A stretch of DNA of 64,000 nt, taken from an uncultured Gemmatimonadales bacterium. GTDB lineage: Bacteria; Gemmatimonadota; Gemmatimonadetes; Gemmatimonadales; Gemmatimonadaceae. A program made the translations under genes and the position numbers. Under the pieces are notes generated by a model. It saw only the letters and a list, made by a program, of their open reading frames with translations. It was not told the DNA's origin and made no database searches. This document shows, piece after piece, positions 1 through 10,049 of the stretch (positions within the stretch are counted from its first letter, which is position 1; each line of letters begins with the position of its first letter). Location of the stretch: assembly GCA_963707505.1 (NCBI GenBank), contig CAVPQB010000003.1:775440-839439 (forward strand), in the 5' to 3' direction.

Positions 1-172
1 TCGCCAGCTCCGCGTCGGTGAATTGGTGATTTCCGTTGAAGTCCAGCCCACGCACCTCGGTGTCGCCCGCGTGGCAACCAAGGTCCTGTCCCCTGGCGAT
101 AGTTGGCAGAGCCAAGCTGGCGGCCAGCACGGTGGCCGCGGTGATTATCCTCTTGATGATGTCCGCGGTCAC
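1..172 (-). CDS. N-terminal part of a secreted protein, probably BamA/TamA-like POTRA-domain protein (runs off the window edge)
   Basis: Manual translation from GTG at 172: signal-peptide-like IIKRIITAATVLAASLALPTIARG, then EVRGLDFNGNHQFTDAELA, resembling a POTRA start. Confidence 0.5.
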   Translation of the reverse strand, partial: MTADIIKRIITAATVLAASLALPTIARGQDLGCHAGDTEVRGLDFNGNHQFTDAELA

Positions 173-221
173 AATTGACGCTCTAATGATAGCCCGGTAA
201 GTTCTCGCCTCGCACCCTATA

Positions 222-1853
222 ATGTCAACCGTTGCCCATTCGCGAGGATTTCGCCCGTCGCGCCGTGCCATCCTCGCCGGCCTTTTAGCTCTGTCCGGAC
301 TGGCCGGACTGGCCAGTCTTGTAGCGTGCAGCGGGCCCGGCGTGCCGGACCGCCGCACGCTGATCGACTCCCGGGACAATTACGATCCCAGATCTCTCGA
401 TCCGGCCCTTTCGACAGACGTCCCGACGGGGCGCGCGGTGTCCTATGTGTTCGACGGGCTCACGCGCTTCACGCCGAAAGCTGCCGTGGTCCCGGACCTC
501 GCAACGTCGTGGGAGTTGGCTTCCGATGGGATAACGTACACGTTCCATCTGCGGACGGGCGTGCGATTTCATGACGGCACGGGCTTCTCCGCCAATGACG
601 TGAGGCACTCGTGGGAACGGGTGCTCGATCCCGCGACGAGGGGTGGACGCGGATGGCCGCTGTATCCGATTCGCGGAGCACAGGAGTTCGCCGCCGGAAA
701 GGCGTCGAGCATCGCTGGGCTGGAAGTGGTGGACGACAGCACGGTACGAATCACTCTTACGGAACCTTTCGCGATCTTTCCCAAGATGCTCGCGATGCCC
801 GCAACAGCGATCGTCCCGAAAGTGACGCCGCCCGATTTTGGGGAGCATCCAATCGGCACCGGGCCCTGGAAGTTCGTTGCATGGCATCACGATGACTACC
901 TGCTCTTCGCGCGCAATATGCAGTATCACGATGGTGCGCCGCTCGCGGATTCACTCGAGGCTCGCATCATTCCGGAATTGAGCACTGCGGAGGCGGAGTT
1001 CCAGGCAGGCAACGTCGATGTGTTCGAGGTGCCGGCGCAGGAATCACCGTCCTGGCAATCCAACGAGGAAACACGTCCACTGTTGCAATCGGCGCCTTCG
1101 CTCCGGTTGATCTACGGTGCGATCAATACTACCAGAGGTCCGCTGCGCGACGTGCGGGTTCGACAGGCCATCAATCTCGCAGTAGATCGTGGCATGATCC
1201 TGAGACGGCTGATGGGCGGCCGCGGAACACTCGCCGCTGGTGTGATTCCGCCATCGCTCGATGGTTTCAATCCCTCACTCGCTGCGTATCCGTATGACAC
1301 CGCGCGTGCACGCGTTCTACTCAAGGAAGCTGGTTATCCAAACGGGATCGACATCGAGCTGTGGACATCGCAGAGCGAGCAATTTCCACGCATCGCACAG
1401 ACGGTCCAGGCTTACCTCGCGCAGGTCGGCATTCGCGTGAAGATCGTTCAGCGCGACGCCTCGTCGATGCGCGAGGCAGCGCGCAACGGCAAGACAGACA
1501 TCGCGCTCAAGGACTGGTACGCGGATTATCCTGACGCCGAGAATTTTCTGTATCCGCTATTGCACAGCAACAACCGCGGGGTGGGTGGCAACGTTTCGTT
1601 CTTCAGCAACGCGACGTTCGACAGCGTGGTTTCCAGAGCGCGGCGCGAGCCCGACGATCAGAAGCGATTCGTGCTGTATCGCGAGGCGGATTCGCTTGCG
1701 CACGAACAGGCTCCGATGCTTTTCATGTTCTTCTACACGGAGGTGTACGCGGTACAGCCCTGGCTCAAGGGGTTCACCGTGCCATCGATCTTCACGGGCG
1801 AGCGATGGACCACGGCGCACATCGAGCGACCACCAAAGACAGCGCCGAAATGA
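222..1853 (+). CDS. ABC transporter substrate-binding lipoprotein, family 5 (Dpp/Opp)
   Basis: Lipobox LVAC; motifs SLDP, PDLATSWE, YTFHLRTGVRFHDG, PIGTGPWKF. Confidence 0.93.
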   Translation: MSTVAHSRGFRPSRRAILAGLLALSGLAGLASLVACSGPGVPDRRTLIDSRDNYDPRSLDPALSTDVPTGRAVSYVFDGLTRFTPKAAVVPDLATSWELASDGITYTFHLRTGVRFHDGTGFSANDVRHSWERVLDPATRGGRGWPLYPIRGAQEFAAGKASSIAGLEVVDDSTVRITLTEPFAIFPKMLAMPATAIVPKVTPPDFGEHPIGTGPWKFVAWHHDDYLLFARNMQYHDGAPLADSLEARIIPELSTAEAEFQAGNVDVFEVPAQESPSWQSNEETRPLLQSAPSLRLIYGAINTTRGPLRDVRVRQAINLAVDRGMILRRLMGGRGTLAAGVIPPSLDGFNPSLAAYPYDTARARVLLKEAGYPNGIDIELWTSQSEQFPRIAQTVQAYLAQVGIRVKIVQRDASSMREAARNGKTDIALKDWYADYPDAENFLYPLLHSNNRGVGGNVSFFSNATFDSVVSRARREPDDQKRFVLYREADSLAHEQAPMLFMFFYTEVYAVQPWLKGFTVPSIFTGERWTTAHIERPPKTAPK

Positions 1854-2767
1854 CGTCGTACATTCTTCGCCGCTTGCTACTGGCGATACCGACGCTGTTC
1901 GGTGTGCTGGTCGTCACCTTTCTGCTGTTGTACATCGCGCCCGGTGATCCGGTGCAGGAGATGGTGGGCGAGCGCGCGGATTCCGCGACGATAGCGAGGC
2001 TGCGCAAGGAATTGCGGTTGGATGAGCCGGTTCTCTCACAGTTCACGCACTACGCCGGCGGCATCCTTCGCGGCGACCTTGGTACGTCCTACATCACGCG
2101 CCGACCGATTCTGAGCGACGTTCTGGAGCGCTTCCCAAAAACACTGCTGCTCGCCGGCACGGCGATGCTGTTCGCGTCGATAACCGGAATTCTCATAGGT
2201 GTTTTGAGCGCGCAACATCCCGGCGGCTGGTTCGACCGAATATCACTTGGCGGCGCATATCTCGGGATCTCCTTTCCCGTGTATTGGGTGGGATTGCTTC
2301 TGATTCTGTTATTCGCGGTAACGCTGCACTGGCTTCCGCCTTCTGGTTACGGAGGAATCCGTCATCTGATTCTTCCGGCGCTCGCGCTGGGGACACGCTC
2401 GGTCGCCTTTCTCGCACGCGTAACGCGCTCTGCGATGCTCGACGTTCTGAATAGTGATTTCGTGCGTACCGCGAGGGCGAAGGGATTGAGCGAGCGGGCG
2501 GTCATCCTCAAGCACGGTCTGCGGAATGCATTGATTCCGGTCATCACGGTCCTTGGCCTCGACTTTGGCTATTACCTCACCGGCAGCATACTCACGGAAA
2601 CCATCTTCAGCTGGCCCGGACTCGGCCGCTACGTCGTCAACGCGATCTCTCGGCGCGACCTTCCCGCGATTCAGGGAAGCGTGCTGTTTCTGAGCGTGAT
2701 CTTCGTTCTCGTCAATCTGTTAACCGACCTCGCCTACGCGAAGGCTGACAAGCGCGTGAATCTATGA
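1850..2767 (+). CDS. Peptide ABC transporter permease (DppB/OppB-like)
   Basis: [10 protein letters not shown] start overlapping the upstream stop; GDLGTSY and EAA loop [23 protein letters not shown]. Confidence 0.93.
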   Translation: MTSYILRRLLLAIPTLFGVLVVTFLLLYIAPGDPVQEMVGERADSATIARLRKELRLDEPVLSQFTHYAGGILRGDLGTSYITRRPILSDVLERFPKTLLLAGTAMLFASITGILIGVLSAQHPGGWFDRISLGGAYLGISFPVYWVGLLLILLFAVTLHWLPPSGYGGIRHLILPALALGTRSVAFLARVTRSAMLDVLNSDFVRTARAKGLSERAVILKHGLRNALIPVITVLGLDFGYYLTGSILTETIFSWPGLGRYVVNAISRRDLPAIQGSVLFLSVIFVLVNLLTDLAYAKADKRVNL

Positions 2768-3162
2768 CAGACAATCGACAGAATATCTCGAGCGGTGGGC
2801 CGTGGGAAGACGTGGTTGGTTACTCGCGCGCAGTACGTACCGGTAACCACGTATTCGTTGCCGGCACGACGGCAGTTGGTGCGGACGGAAAGATCGTCGG
2901 CGACGGAGATGCTTACGCGCAGACAGTGCAGGCGCTGCGCACGATCGAAACCGCTCTGCAGAAGGCCGGCGCGAAATTATCCGACGTCGTGCGCACACGC
3001 ATGTTCGTAACGGACATATCGAACTGGGAAGCGATCGGCCGCGCGCATGGAGAATTCTTCCGCGACATCCGGCCCGCAGCGACGATGGTTGAAGTGAGCC
3101 GGCTGATAGATCCGGCGATGCTCATCGAGATCGAGGCGGATGCGGTGATCACCGCCCTCTAG
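2764..3162 (+). CDS. RidA/YjgF family protein
   Basis: [41 protein letters not shown]. Confidence 0.92.
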   Translation: MTDNRQNISSGGPWEDVVGYSRAVRTGNHVFVAGTTAVGADGKIVGDGDAYAQTVQALRTIETALQKAGAKLSDVVRTRMFVTDISNWEAIGRAHGEFFRDIRPAATMVEVSRLIDPAMLIEIEADAVITAL

Positions 3163-3178
3163 CAGGCAACGCTGAAGC

Positions 3179-4195
3179 TCAGTCGTCCTTCTGTCCGAAC
3201 ACGGCCATGTTCGAGCTGTGTCCCGGCGCGACTTTCTTATCCGGATAGATCCAGTGCACTGCCTGGTTCACCGCGGTCGCGGCCTCGGCGAACCCTGTCG
3301 CGATCAGCTTGAGCTTGCCGGGATAGGTGCAGATGTCACCCGCCGCATAGATGCCGGCGTGGCCCGTTTCCATCTGGCTGTTCACGACGATCTCGTCGTT
3401 CACGAGCTCGAGTCCCCACTCGTTCAGCGCGCCGAGATCGCTCACGAAGCCGAGCATCGGGAGGATCACGTCGCATTCCACACGCTCGAGCTCTTTCGAT
3501 TTCACGTTGCGAAGCGTGACTGCATCGAAGTATTCGCCGGCTGAGTGGATGTCGTGCAGCTCGTGGAATGTGAAGACCTTGGTGTGCCCGGTGTGCACGG
3601 ACGCCAGGACGTCGGCGACAGTTGCTGCATGGGCGCGAAAGCGATCGCTGCGGTGAACCAGTGAGATTGCTTCCGCCGTTCCGCGCAGCTGCTGCGCCCA
3701 GTCGAACGCCGAGTCGCCGCCCCCGATTATGATGACGCGCTTGCCGCGGAACTGCTCGAGATCGAGCACACGATCCTGAATTCCCTTCCCGTACCACGGC
3801 TCCGCGACCGCCTGCGGCAGCCGGCGCGGCGAAAAGGCTCCGATTCCAGCCGCGAGAACCAGCGACCGCGTTGGAAAGCGGTCGGTGCTGGTTACAAGGA
3901 CGAAGTGCCCGTCGTGCTCCTCGAGCCCGGTCACGTGTTGATTGAGATGCACCGGCTCCCCGAACTGCGCTGCCTGGCTCTCGAGCGAACGCACCAGATC
4001 CTTTGCGAGCACCCTGGGAAAGCCAGCCACGTCGAAGATGTATTTCTCGGGATAAAGGGCAGTCAGCTGCCCGCCAGCCTGAGATAGCGCGTCCACGACC
4101 TGGGCGCTCGCGCCGCGCATTCCGCAGTAGAATAGGCCAAAAAGTCCGGTTGGGCCGGCACCTAATATCGTTACGTCTTTGATCTCGTGCTCCAT
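3179..4195 (-). CDS. Thioredoxin reductase-type ferredoxin--NADP reductase (YumC-like)
   Basis: GAGPTG, GGQLTALYPEKYIFDVAGFP, GGGDSA, AAGD, KLIATGF, C-terminal PGHSS; start reassigned to MEHEIKD. Confidence 0.9.
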   Translation of the reverse strand: MEHEIKDVTILGAGPTGLFGLFYCGMRGASAQVVDALSQAGGQLTALYPEKYIFDVAGFPRVLAKDLVRSLESQAAQFGEPVHLNQHVTGLEEHDGHFVLVTSTDRFPTRSLVLAAGIGAFSPRRLPQAVAEPWYGKGIQDRVLDLEQFRGKRVIIIGGGDSAFDWAQQLRGTAEAISLVHRSDRFRAHAATVADVLASVHTGHTKVFTFHELHDIHSAGEYFDAVTLRNVKSKELERVECDVILPMLGFVSDLGALNEWGLELVNDEIVVNSQMETGHAGIYAAGDICTYPGKLKLIATGFAEAATAVNQAVHWIYPDKKVAPGHSSNMAVFGQKDD

Positions 4196-4222
4196 AGTGG
4201 CGAAATTTACCCGGATATGACT

Positions 4223-4768
4223 ATGAAGATCTACACGAAGACCGGCGACGCGGGCACGACCGGGCTCTTCGGCGGGGGCCGAGTGCCGAAAGACGACTCG
4301 CGCGTCGACGCTTATGGCGACGTCGACGAGCTGAACGCCGTTCTGGGCGCCGCACGCGCGACCAGCCCGATGCCACGAGTCGACGAAGTATTGGTCGCGG
4401 TGCAGCGCGACCTCTTCGCGATCGGCGCTCTTCTGGCGACGCCTGACGTCGAGAAGATGCACGCGCACCTCGCGAAGGCGCGCATCGACGAGGCTCGGAT
4501 CGAAGAGCTGGAGCGCGCAATCGACGCCTGCGACAACGAGCTGGAGCCGCTCAAGGCGTTCATCATTCCCGGCGGGACTCCAAAAGCCGCCGCACTCCAC
4601 GTGGCGAGAACCGTGTGCCGGCGCGCCGAGCGTAAGGTGGTGCACCTGCAAAACTCGGTCGAGCTTCCGAAGCTGACAGTGGTTTATCTCAATCGCCTTT
4701 CCGATCTGCTCTTCTCGCTTGCGCGCGTCGCGAACAAGCGCGCTGGCGCCGGCGAGGTCACGTGGTAG
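4223..4768 (+). CDS. pduO: ATP:cob(I)alamin adenosyltransferase, PduO type
   Basis: MKIYTKTGDAGTT, AYGDVDELNA, ARTVCRRAER, YLNRLSDLLF. Confidence 0.92.
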   Translation: MKIYTKTGDAGTTGLFGGGRVPKDDSRVDAYGDVDELNAVLGAARATSPMPRVDEVLVAVQRDLFAIGALLATPDVEKMHAHLAKARIDEARIEELERAIDACDNELEPLKAFIIPGGTPKAAALHVARTVCRRAERKVVHLQNSVELPKLTVVYLNRLSDLLFSLARVANKRAGAGEVTW

Positions 4769-5889
4769 ATCAGGCGACGCGATCGACGCGGGATCCTGTC
4801 TCATTCATAGATGCTGGCGGCTATGAGATAAGCGTCGCTGCCGGACTGCTCGGCCGCGCTGGCGAAATCGCTACTGCTGCGGCGCCCGCCCATCGGTATG
4901 CGGTGGTTTCCGACAGCAACGTCGCACCGTTATACGCATCCCGGCTGGTCGAGCAACTCGGACGGTCTGGCGAAACGGTTCCGTTATGCACGGTGCCTGC
5001 CGGCGAGGCGCACAAGACCCGCGAAAGCTGGGCGACGATAACCGACCAGCTGCTCGAGGCGGGACTGGGCCGCGATTCGGCGATCATCGCCCTTGGTGGC
5101 GGAGTCGTTTGCGATCTGGCGGGCTTCGTCGCTGCGACATTCATGCGCGGGGTGCCGGTGGTCCACATACCCACAACGCTGCTGTCGATGATCGATGCGT
5201 CGATCGGCGGCAAAACCGGCGTCGATACGCCGCATGGGAAGAATCTGGTTGGCGCATTTCATCAGCCGCGCGCCGTGATAATCGATCCGGAAGTGCTTGA
5301 TACGCTTCCGGTTAGCGACCTGCGGGCAGGCCTTGCGGAGGCACTCAAGCATGGTGCGATCGCCGATGCAGCCTACTTCGACTTCATCGCCAATTCGGCA
5401 CCTCTTCTACTTGCGGAGGAGCCGCACGAGCGTGACGTTCTTGCCCTGAATCACGTCATCGAGAAGAGCGTCCGGCTCAAGGTTGGGGTGGTCGCGGCTG
5501 ATGAACGGGAAAATGGAGCGCGTAAAGCCTTGAACTTCGGTCATACGATAGGACACGCAATCGAGCTTCTCAGCGGATTCGGCATGCGGCACGGCGAGGC
5601 CGTCGGAGTCGGGATGGTGCTGGAAGCTGCGGCCGCGGAGCGTGAAGGTGTGACCGACGCCGGAACATCGGTTCGTATCCGTGAGGCGCTTCTGAGAGCT
5701 GGTCTTCCGACCACTCGTCCGGCGGGCCCGTCGGTATCCAGCATCCTGGAATCGATGCGTGGCGACAAGAAAAGCAGAGCGGGTGAGATCGAGTATGCGG
5801 TGCCGACGCGCATCGGAGTGATGGCAGGCGCAAGGACGGGCTACGCGGTCCGTCTGTCGGACGCCGTTGTCGCCGAGGTCCTCGCGTGA
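4762..5889 (+). CDS. aroB: 3-dehydroquinate synthase
   Basis: GGGVVCDLAGF, PTTLLSMIDASIGGKTG, KNLVGAFHQP, LNFGHTIGHAIE, HGEAV. Confidence 0.95.
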   Translation: MVDQATRSTRDPVSFIDAGGYEISVAAGLLGRAGEIATAAAPAHRYAVVSDSNVAPLYASRLVEQLGRSGETVPLCTVPAGEAHKTRESWATITDQLLEAGLGRDSAIIALGGGVVCDLAGFVAATFMRGVPVVHIPTTLLSMIDASIGGKTGVDTPHGKNLVGAFHQPRAVIIDPEVLDTLPVSDLRAGLAEALKHGAIADAAYFDFIANSAPLLLAEEPHERDVLALNHVIEKSVRLKVGVVAADERENGARKALNFGHTIGHAIELLSGFGMRHGEAVGVGMVLEAAAAEREGVTDAGTSVRIREALLRAGLPTTRPAGPSVSSILESMRGDKKSRAGEIEYAVPTRIGVMAGARTGYAVRLSDAVVAEVLA

Positions 5890-6395
5890 AGCGCTGGGAG
5901 GTGACTCGGGCGACAGTTGCCATTCTCGTCGCCGCGGTCTTCGTGAAGACCGGAATCGCTCGCCTTCCCAATACCAATCCAGCACCGTTCCGTCACCCAC
6001 CCGTGCTGGTGTATGCTCCTCGTCTGCTGCCACCGCTGATCGTCCGGGCGGAGCGGATCATTCCGAAGATTCCGAAACTCAGGAGTATTTTCGTGCGGGC
6101 GCCAGTCGGGAAGGCGCTTCAGGTCTCGTTGACCCAGTACTGCCTTCAGGGGACCACTCGCCGCGACCACTGGGTCAGAGAGGGAATTGTTGCGGCCGAT
6201 CCGCGCATCTTCCCTCTCGCACATTACGTCGAGGTTTTCCTCGGCAACCACTACCTCGGCCGCTTTCTCGTGGATGATACTGGCGGGAAGGTCAAGGGAA
6301 GAACGCTGGACATCTGGAATCCGTCTTGCTCTGAAGCCAGGAGGTTCGGTCGGCAACGCGGGACCGCGACACTCGTCATGAAACCGGAGAAATGA
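5886..6395 (+). CDS. 3D (MltA-like) domain protein
   Basis: GIVAADPRIFPL, DDTGGKVKGRTLDIW, EARRFGRQ; N-terminal hydrophobic segment. Confidence 0.8.
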   Translation: MKRWEVTRATVAILVAAVFVKTGIARLPNTNPAPFRHPPVLVYAPRLLPPLIVRAERIIPKIPKLRSIFVRAPVGKALQVSLTQYCLQGTTRRDHWVREGIVAADPRIFPLAHYVEVFLGNHYLGRFLVDDTGGKVKGRTLDIWNPSCSEARRFGRQRGTATLVMKPEK

Positions 6396-6574
6396 TGTCT
6401 GCCTTCACAACGTATCTGATCGGCTTTTTCGTGGTCATCGTAGGTCTCGCCATTGGGGCGTACCTGCTGAACGTGCCTACCACATGGATTGCGGTCGGCG
6501 TTATCGTGCTGGTCGGGTTGGGCATCCTCAAAGCCACGAGCCGCGCACGTCAGAAGGATCCGCCGACCGGCTGA
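6392..6574 (+). CDS. Small two-TM membrane protein
   Basis: 60 aa with two hydrophobic helices; ATGA overlap with the upstream gene. Confidence 0.65.
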   Translation: MMSAFTTYLIGFFVVIVGLAIGAYLLNVPTTWIAVGVIVLVGLGILKATSRARQKDPPTG

Positions 6575-6679
6575 GCGGGACGGTACGCGAAGCAGCTCGG
6601 CGCGCAATTGGTACCGGCCAGCGCCAGCGTCGCGCCACTTGGGTGACAGATCACATTCCTTTGGCACGAAATATGGCTG

Positions 6680-6708
6680 TTGACCAAACTGGAAGCGCCC
6701 ATTAGTCT
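6680..6708 (+). promoter_or_regulatory. Putative sigma-70 promoter of the sigma factor gene
   Basis: TTGACC-N17-TAGTCT about 30 nt upstream of ATG 6738. Confidence 0.5.
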
Positions 6709-6737
6709 GACTGCTTCAGCCCATCATTGGAGCGTCT

Positions 6738-7634
6738 ATGCCGGCAGTGGTCGTCGAGAGCAGGCCAAAGGGATTTGCACGTTCGTCTCCCTCCACAGCC
6801 TTCGACCAGTACCTGCACGACATACAAAAACTTCCTCTGATCACGGACGTCGAGGAAGAACGAAGACTGGCCCGACGAGCGCAGGGTGGCGACGAGCGGG
6901 CGGCGGAGAGGCTGGTGACGGCGAACCTTCGCTTCGTCATCTCCTACGTGAAGAAGTATCAGGGGCACGGACTCGATCTCAGCGAGCTCGTAGCGATCGG
7001 CAACGAAGGGTTGCTGAAGGCAGTCAGGAAGTTCGATCCGGACCAGGGCGTCAAGTTCATCTCCTACGCCGTGTGGTGGGTTCGGCAAGCGGTGCTCAAG
7101 GCGTTGGCCGAGCAGACGCGATCGGTGAGAATCCCGCTCAATCAGAATTCACAGCTCATCAAGCTGTCGCGCGCCGAGACGGTGCTCGCGCAGGTTCTGA
7201 AGCGCGATCCGACAGACAGCGAGCTTGGCAGGCTGCTGGAAGAGACGCCGGACACCGTGCGTGCGTCGCGGCAGATGTCGGCGACGGAAATCTCGCTGGA
7301 TGCACCAATCGACCGCAGCGATCGTGAGGCATCGACGCTGGGCGAGCGCTTTGCAGGAGTGGATGGCGGTGAGATCGAGGAAGTGACCGATTTCAAGCTC
7401 ATGCGCGAGTCGATCGACAGGGCCTTCAAGAAGTATCTCACGCCGCGCGAGCGGAAGATTCTGTACCTGTATTACGGGCTCGGTCAGGATTCGGAAGCGA
7501 TGACGCTCGAGAAGATCGGATCGCTGCTAGGAGTGACGCGGGAGCGGATCCGTCAGATTCGCGAGCGGGCATTCGAGAAGCTGCGTCAGTCTCCGGATGG
7601 TGGAGCACTGTCGGGGTTCTGGGGCGCGGCGTAG
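6738..7634 (+). CDS. RNA polymerase sigma factor, RpoD/RpoS/RpoH-like group without region 1.1
   Basis: LVTANLRFV, GNEGLLKAVRKFDP, KFISYAVWWVRQA, TLEKIG...VTRERIRQI. Confidence 0.93.
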   Translation: MPAVVVESRPKGFARSSPSTAFDQYLHDIQKLPLITDVEEERRLARRAQGGDERAAERLVTANLRFVISYVKKYQGHGLDLSELVAIGNEGLLKAVRKFDPDQGVKFISYAVWWVRQAVLKALAEQTRSVRIPLNQNSQLIKLSRAETVLAQVLKRDPTDSELGRLLEETPDTVRASRQMSATEISLDAPIDRSDREASTLGERFAGVDGGEIEEVTDFKLMRESIDRAFKKYLTPRERKILYLYYGLGQDSEAMTLEKIGSLLGVTRERIRQIRERAFEKLRQSPDGGALSGFWGAA

Positions 7635-7660
7635 CAATCCGGACAGGTGTGAAAGTGCAA

Positions 7661-7694
7661 CGAGGGCCCGTGGATGGGGCCCTCGCTTTATTTT
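7661..7694 (+). terminator. Rho-independent terminator after the sigma factor gene
   Basis: CGAGGGCCC/GGGCCCTCG stem followed by CTTTATTTT. Confidence 0.75.
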
Positions 7695-7701
7695 ACCCAT
7701 T

Positions 7702-8586
7702 GTGATCCCCGCGTTCGTCAACGATGCTGCCGGCACCGCTTCCGCGGCGAAGCGTGCGCTGGAAGAGACCGGCGGTTTCGAGATTCACGCTGTTCCGCCG
7801 AACGAGTTGGAGAGCAGCATTCGCAGCGCGATGGCGTCGAAGCCTGCGCGAATCGTCGTCGCAGGCGGTGACGGAAGCGTCGGAACCGCAGCTCGTGTGT
7901 CATGCGGAACGGAGACGGCCCTCGCAGTGCTGCCTGGCGGGACGCTGAACCATTTTGCGCGCGATCATGGAATTCCGGTCGACATGCAGCAAGCGGCCGC
8001 AATTGCAACCGATGGCGAAGTCGGGCATGCGGACGTTGCCTACGCCGACGACCGTCTTTTTCTCAACACCAGCTCGGTGGGTGCGTACGTCGCTTATGTT
8101 CGCCTTCGCAATCGCGCGGCGAAATATGTCGGGTATCGTATCGCCAGCCTGCTTGCCGCACTGCGCATGTTCATCTCGATGCGTCCTGTTTCCCTGGAGC
8201 TGGACGTCAACGGCGAGCGGCGCAGTTACAGCACGCCGATTGTCTTCATCGGCGTGGGTGAGCGTGAGACGCGCTCGCCCACGCTGGGGAATCGGATTGC
8301 CGGAGGGCGGCAGTGTCTGCATGTGATCGTCGTGCGGGAACGGCGGGCGGCACGATTGCTCGTTGTGGCACTCGACGCAGCGACGCGTGGACTGGACAGC
8401 GTGGCGCGCACGCCGGAGCTGGACAGCTTCATGGTGGACTCGTGCACGATCAAGATGGGCGGAAGACAGCACCACATAGCGGTCGATGGCGAGATAGTCG
8501 CACTCGGTATGCCGTTGCAGTATCGCCTGTCGAAAGACGCGCTCAAGATCGTCATTCCGTCGGAGCACGCCGTGAGCGTTGCATGA
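7702..8586 (+). CDS. Diacylglycerol/lipid kinase family protein
   Basis: VAGGDGSV, LPGGTLNHFARD, FLNTSSVG, VDGE; GTG start at 7702 inferred. Confidence 0.85.
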   Translation: MIPAFVNDAAGTASAAKRALEETGGFEIHAVPPNELESSIRSAMASKPARIVVAGGDGSVGTAARVSCGTETALAVLPGGTLNHFARDHGIPVDMQQAAAIATDGEVGHADVAYADDRLFLNTSSVGAYVAYVRLRNRAAKYVGYRIASLLAALRMFISMRPVSLELDVNGERRSYSTPIVFIGVGERETRSPTLGNRIAGGRQCLHVIVVRERRAARLLVVALDAATRGLDSVARTPELDSFMVDSCTIKMGGRQHHIAVDGEIVALGMPLQYRLSKDALKIVIPSEHAVSVA

Positions 8587-10049
8587 CGACCCAACCTGTC
8601 ACCGGAATCGTCGACAAGCTGCGCGCCATCGTGGGTGATCGATTCGTCCTGGTACGCGACGCGGAATTGCTGGCGTACGAATCGGACGGCCTGCCGGGTT
8701 ATCACAAGCGTCCCAGCGTCGCGGTATTCCCCGGATCACGCGACGAGGTTGTCGAAGTAGTACGGTTGCTTGCAGAGTCCGGGACACAGTTCGTTCCGCG
8801 TGGTGCGGGAACGGGACTGTCCGGTGGTGCGCTCGCTGACGACGTCGTGCTGCTCGGTCTGCACCGGCTCAAGGCCGTGCTCGACATGGACATCGCGCGG
8901 ATGCGCGCGACGGTCGAGCCTGGTGTCGTCAACGCGGTGCTGAACAAGCGGCTTGCGCCTCATGGTGTGTTCTACGCACCCGATCCATCCAGCGAGGCGG
9001 CGTGCACGATTGGCGGAAACATCGCCGAAAATTCCGGTGGTCCGCACTGCCTCAAGTATGGTGTGACGCTGAATCACGTTCTCGCTGCTACAGTTCTGCT
9101 TCCGGACGGCGAGATAGTCGAGCTGGGCGACCGTGATGGTGGCATGGCAGGCTACGATCTGCTTGGCGCATTCGTGGGATCGGAAGGATGCTTTGGTGTT
9201 GCGCTGGACATAACCGTGCGGCTTACTAGGAAGCCAGCTGCCGTGCGGACGGCGCTCGCGGATTTCATGGACGTTGCGGATGCATCGCACGCGACGTCGG
9301 CGATCATTGCATCGGGCGTGGTTCCCGCGGCTCTCGAGTTCATGGACAGCGGAGTGATCCGTGTGGTCGAGCAATCGATATTCGCCGCCGGTTATCCCGT
9401 TGACGCAGCCGCCATTCTATTGATCGAAGTGGACGGGACCGTCGAGAGCACAGATGCGGACATGGATCTTGTCCGCAAGCTGTGCATGGAATGTGGCGCG
9501 CGAACCGTGCATGTGGCGACAAATGAGACCGAGCGAGCGCGGTTGTGGCAGGGCCGGAAGAAAGCCTTCGGCGCGATGGGGCGCCTCGCGCCAAATCTGG
9601 CGGTACAGGACGCGGTGATTCCGCGCACGCGTCTGGCGGAGATACTGGCGCAGATACACGCGATCGCCGACTCGCACGGAGTGACGGTGTGCAACGTATT
9701 TCACGCTGGTGACGGCAACCTGCACCCGAACATCTCCTACGACGCTGGCGATCCGGATCAGGCACGGCGCGTGCACGAGGCGATGGCCGCAATGATGCAG
9801 GCGTGCATCGCGGCCGGTGGGAGCATAACGGGTGAGCACGGTGTGGGACTGGACAAGCTGCGCTACATGCCGCTGCTGTTCGACGAGCCGACGCTTGCGG
9901 CGATGTGCGATCTGCGCACCGCATTCGACCCGGCGCGACGCTCCAATCCAGGGAAGGTCGTTCCCGTGCATTCATGTCGCGAGTGGCATGGAGCACCGGC
10001 AGTGCGTGCTGGTGAGATTGCAACAGAGGTGACACCGGATGCGCGGTGA
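8583..10049 (+). CDS. glcD: Glycolate oxidase subunit GlcD (FAD-linked oxidase)
   Basis: PRGAGTGLSGGA, APDPSS, CTIGGNIAENSGG, HAGDGNLHP, ITGEHGVG; clustered with glcE/glcF. Confidence 0.9.
   Translation: MTTQPVTGIVDKLRAIVGDRFVLVRDAELLAYESDGLPGYHKRPSVAVFPGSRDEVVEVVRLLAESGTQFVPRGAGTGLSGGALADDVVLLGLHRLKAVLDMDIARMRATVEPGVVNAVLNKRLAPHGVFYAPDPSSEAACTIGGNIAENSGGPHCLKYGVTLNHVLAATVLLPDGEIVELGDRDGGMAGYDLLGAFVGSEGCFGVALDITVRLTRKPAAVRTALADFMDVADASHATSAIIASGVVPAALEFMDSGVIRVVEQSIFAAGYPVDAAAILLIEVDGTVESTDADMDLVRKLCMECGARTVHVATNETERARLWQGRKKAFGAMGRLAPNLAVQDAVIPRTRLAEILAQIHAIADSHGVTVCNVFHAGDGNLHPNISYDAGDPDQARRVHEAMAAMMQACIAAGGSITGEHGVGLDKLRYMPLLFDEPTLAAMCDLRTAFDPARRSNPGKVVPVHSCREWHGAPAVRAGEIATEVTPDAR

Noticed and set aside
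3179..4804. 541-aa FNR with a long N-terminal extension
   Set aside because: The extension is the antisense of pduO; homology starts at MEHEIKD (4195).
6661..6678. Sigma-54 promoter TTGGCACGAAATATGGC
   Set aside because: The -24 element is good but the -12 GC is displaced by one base; a well-spaced sigma-70-like promoter follows.
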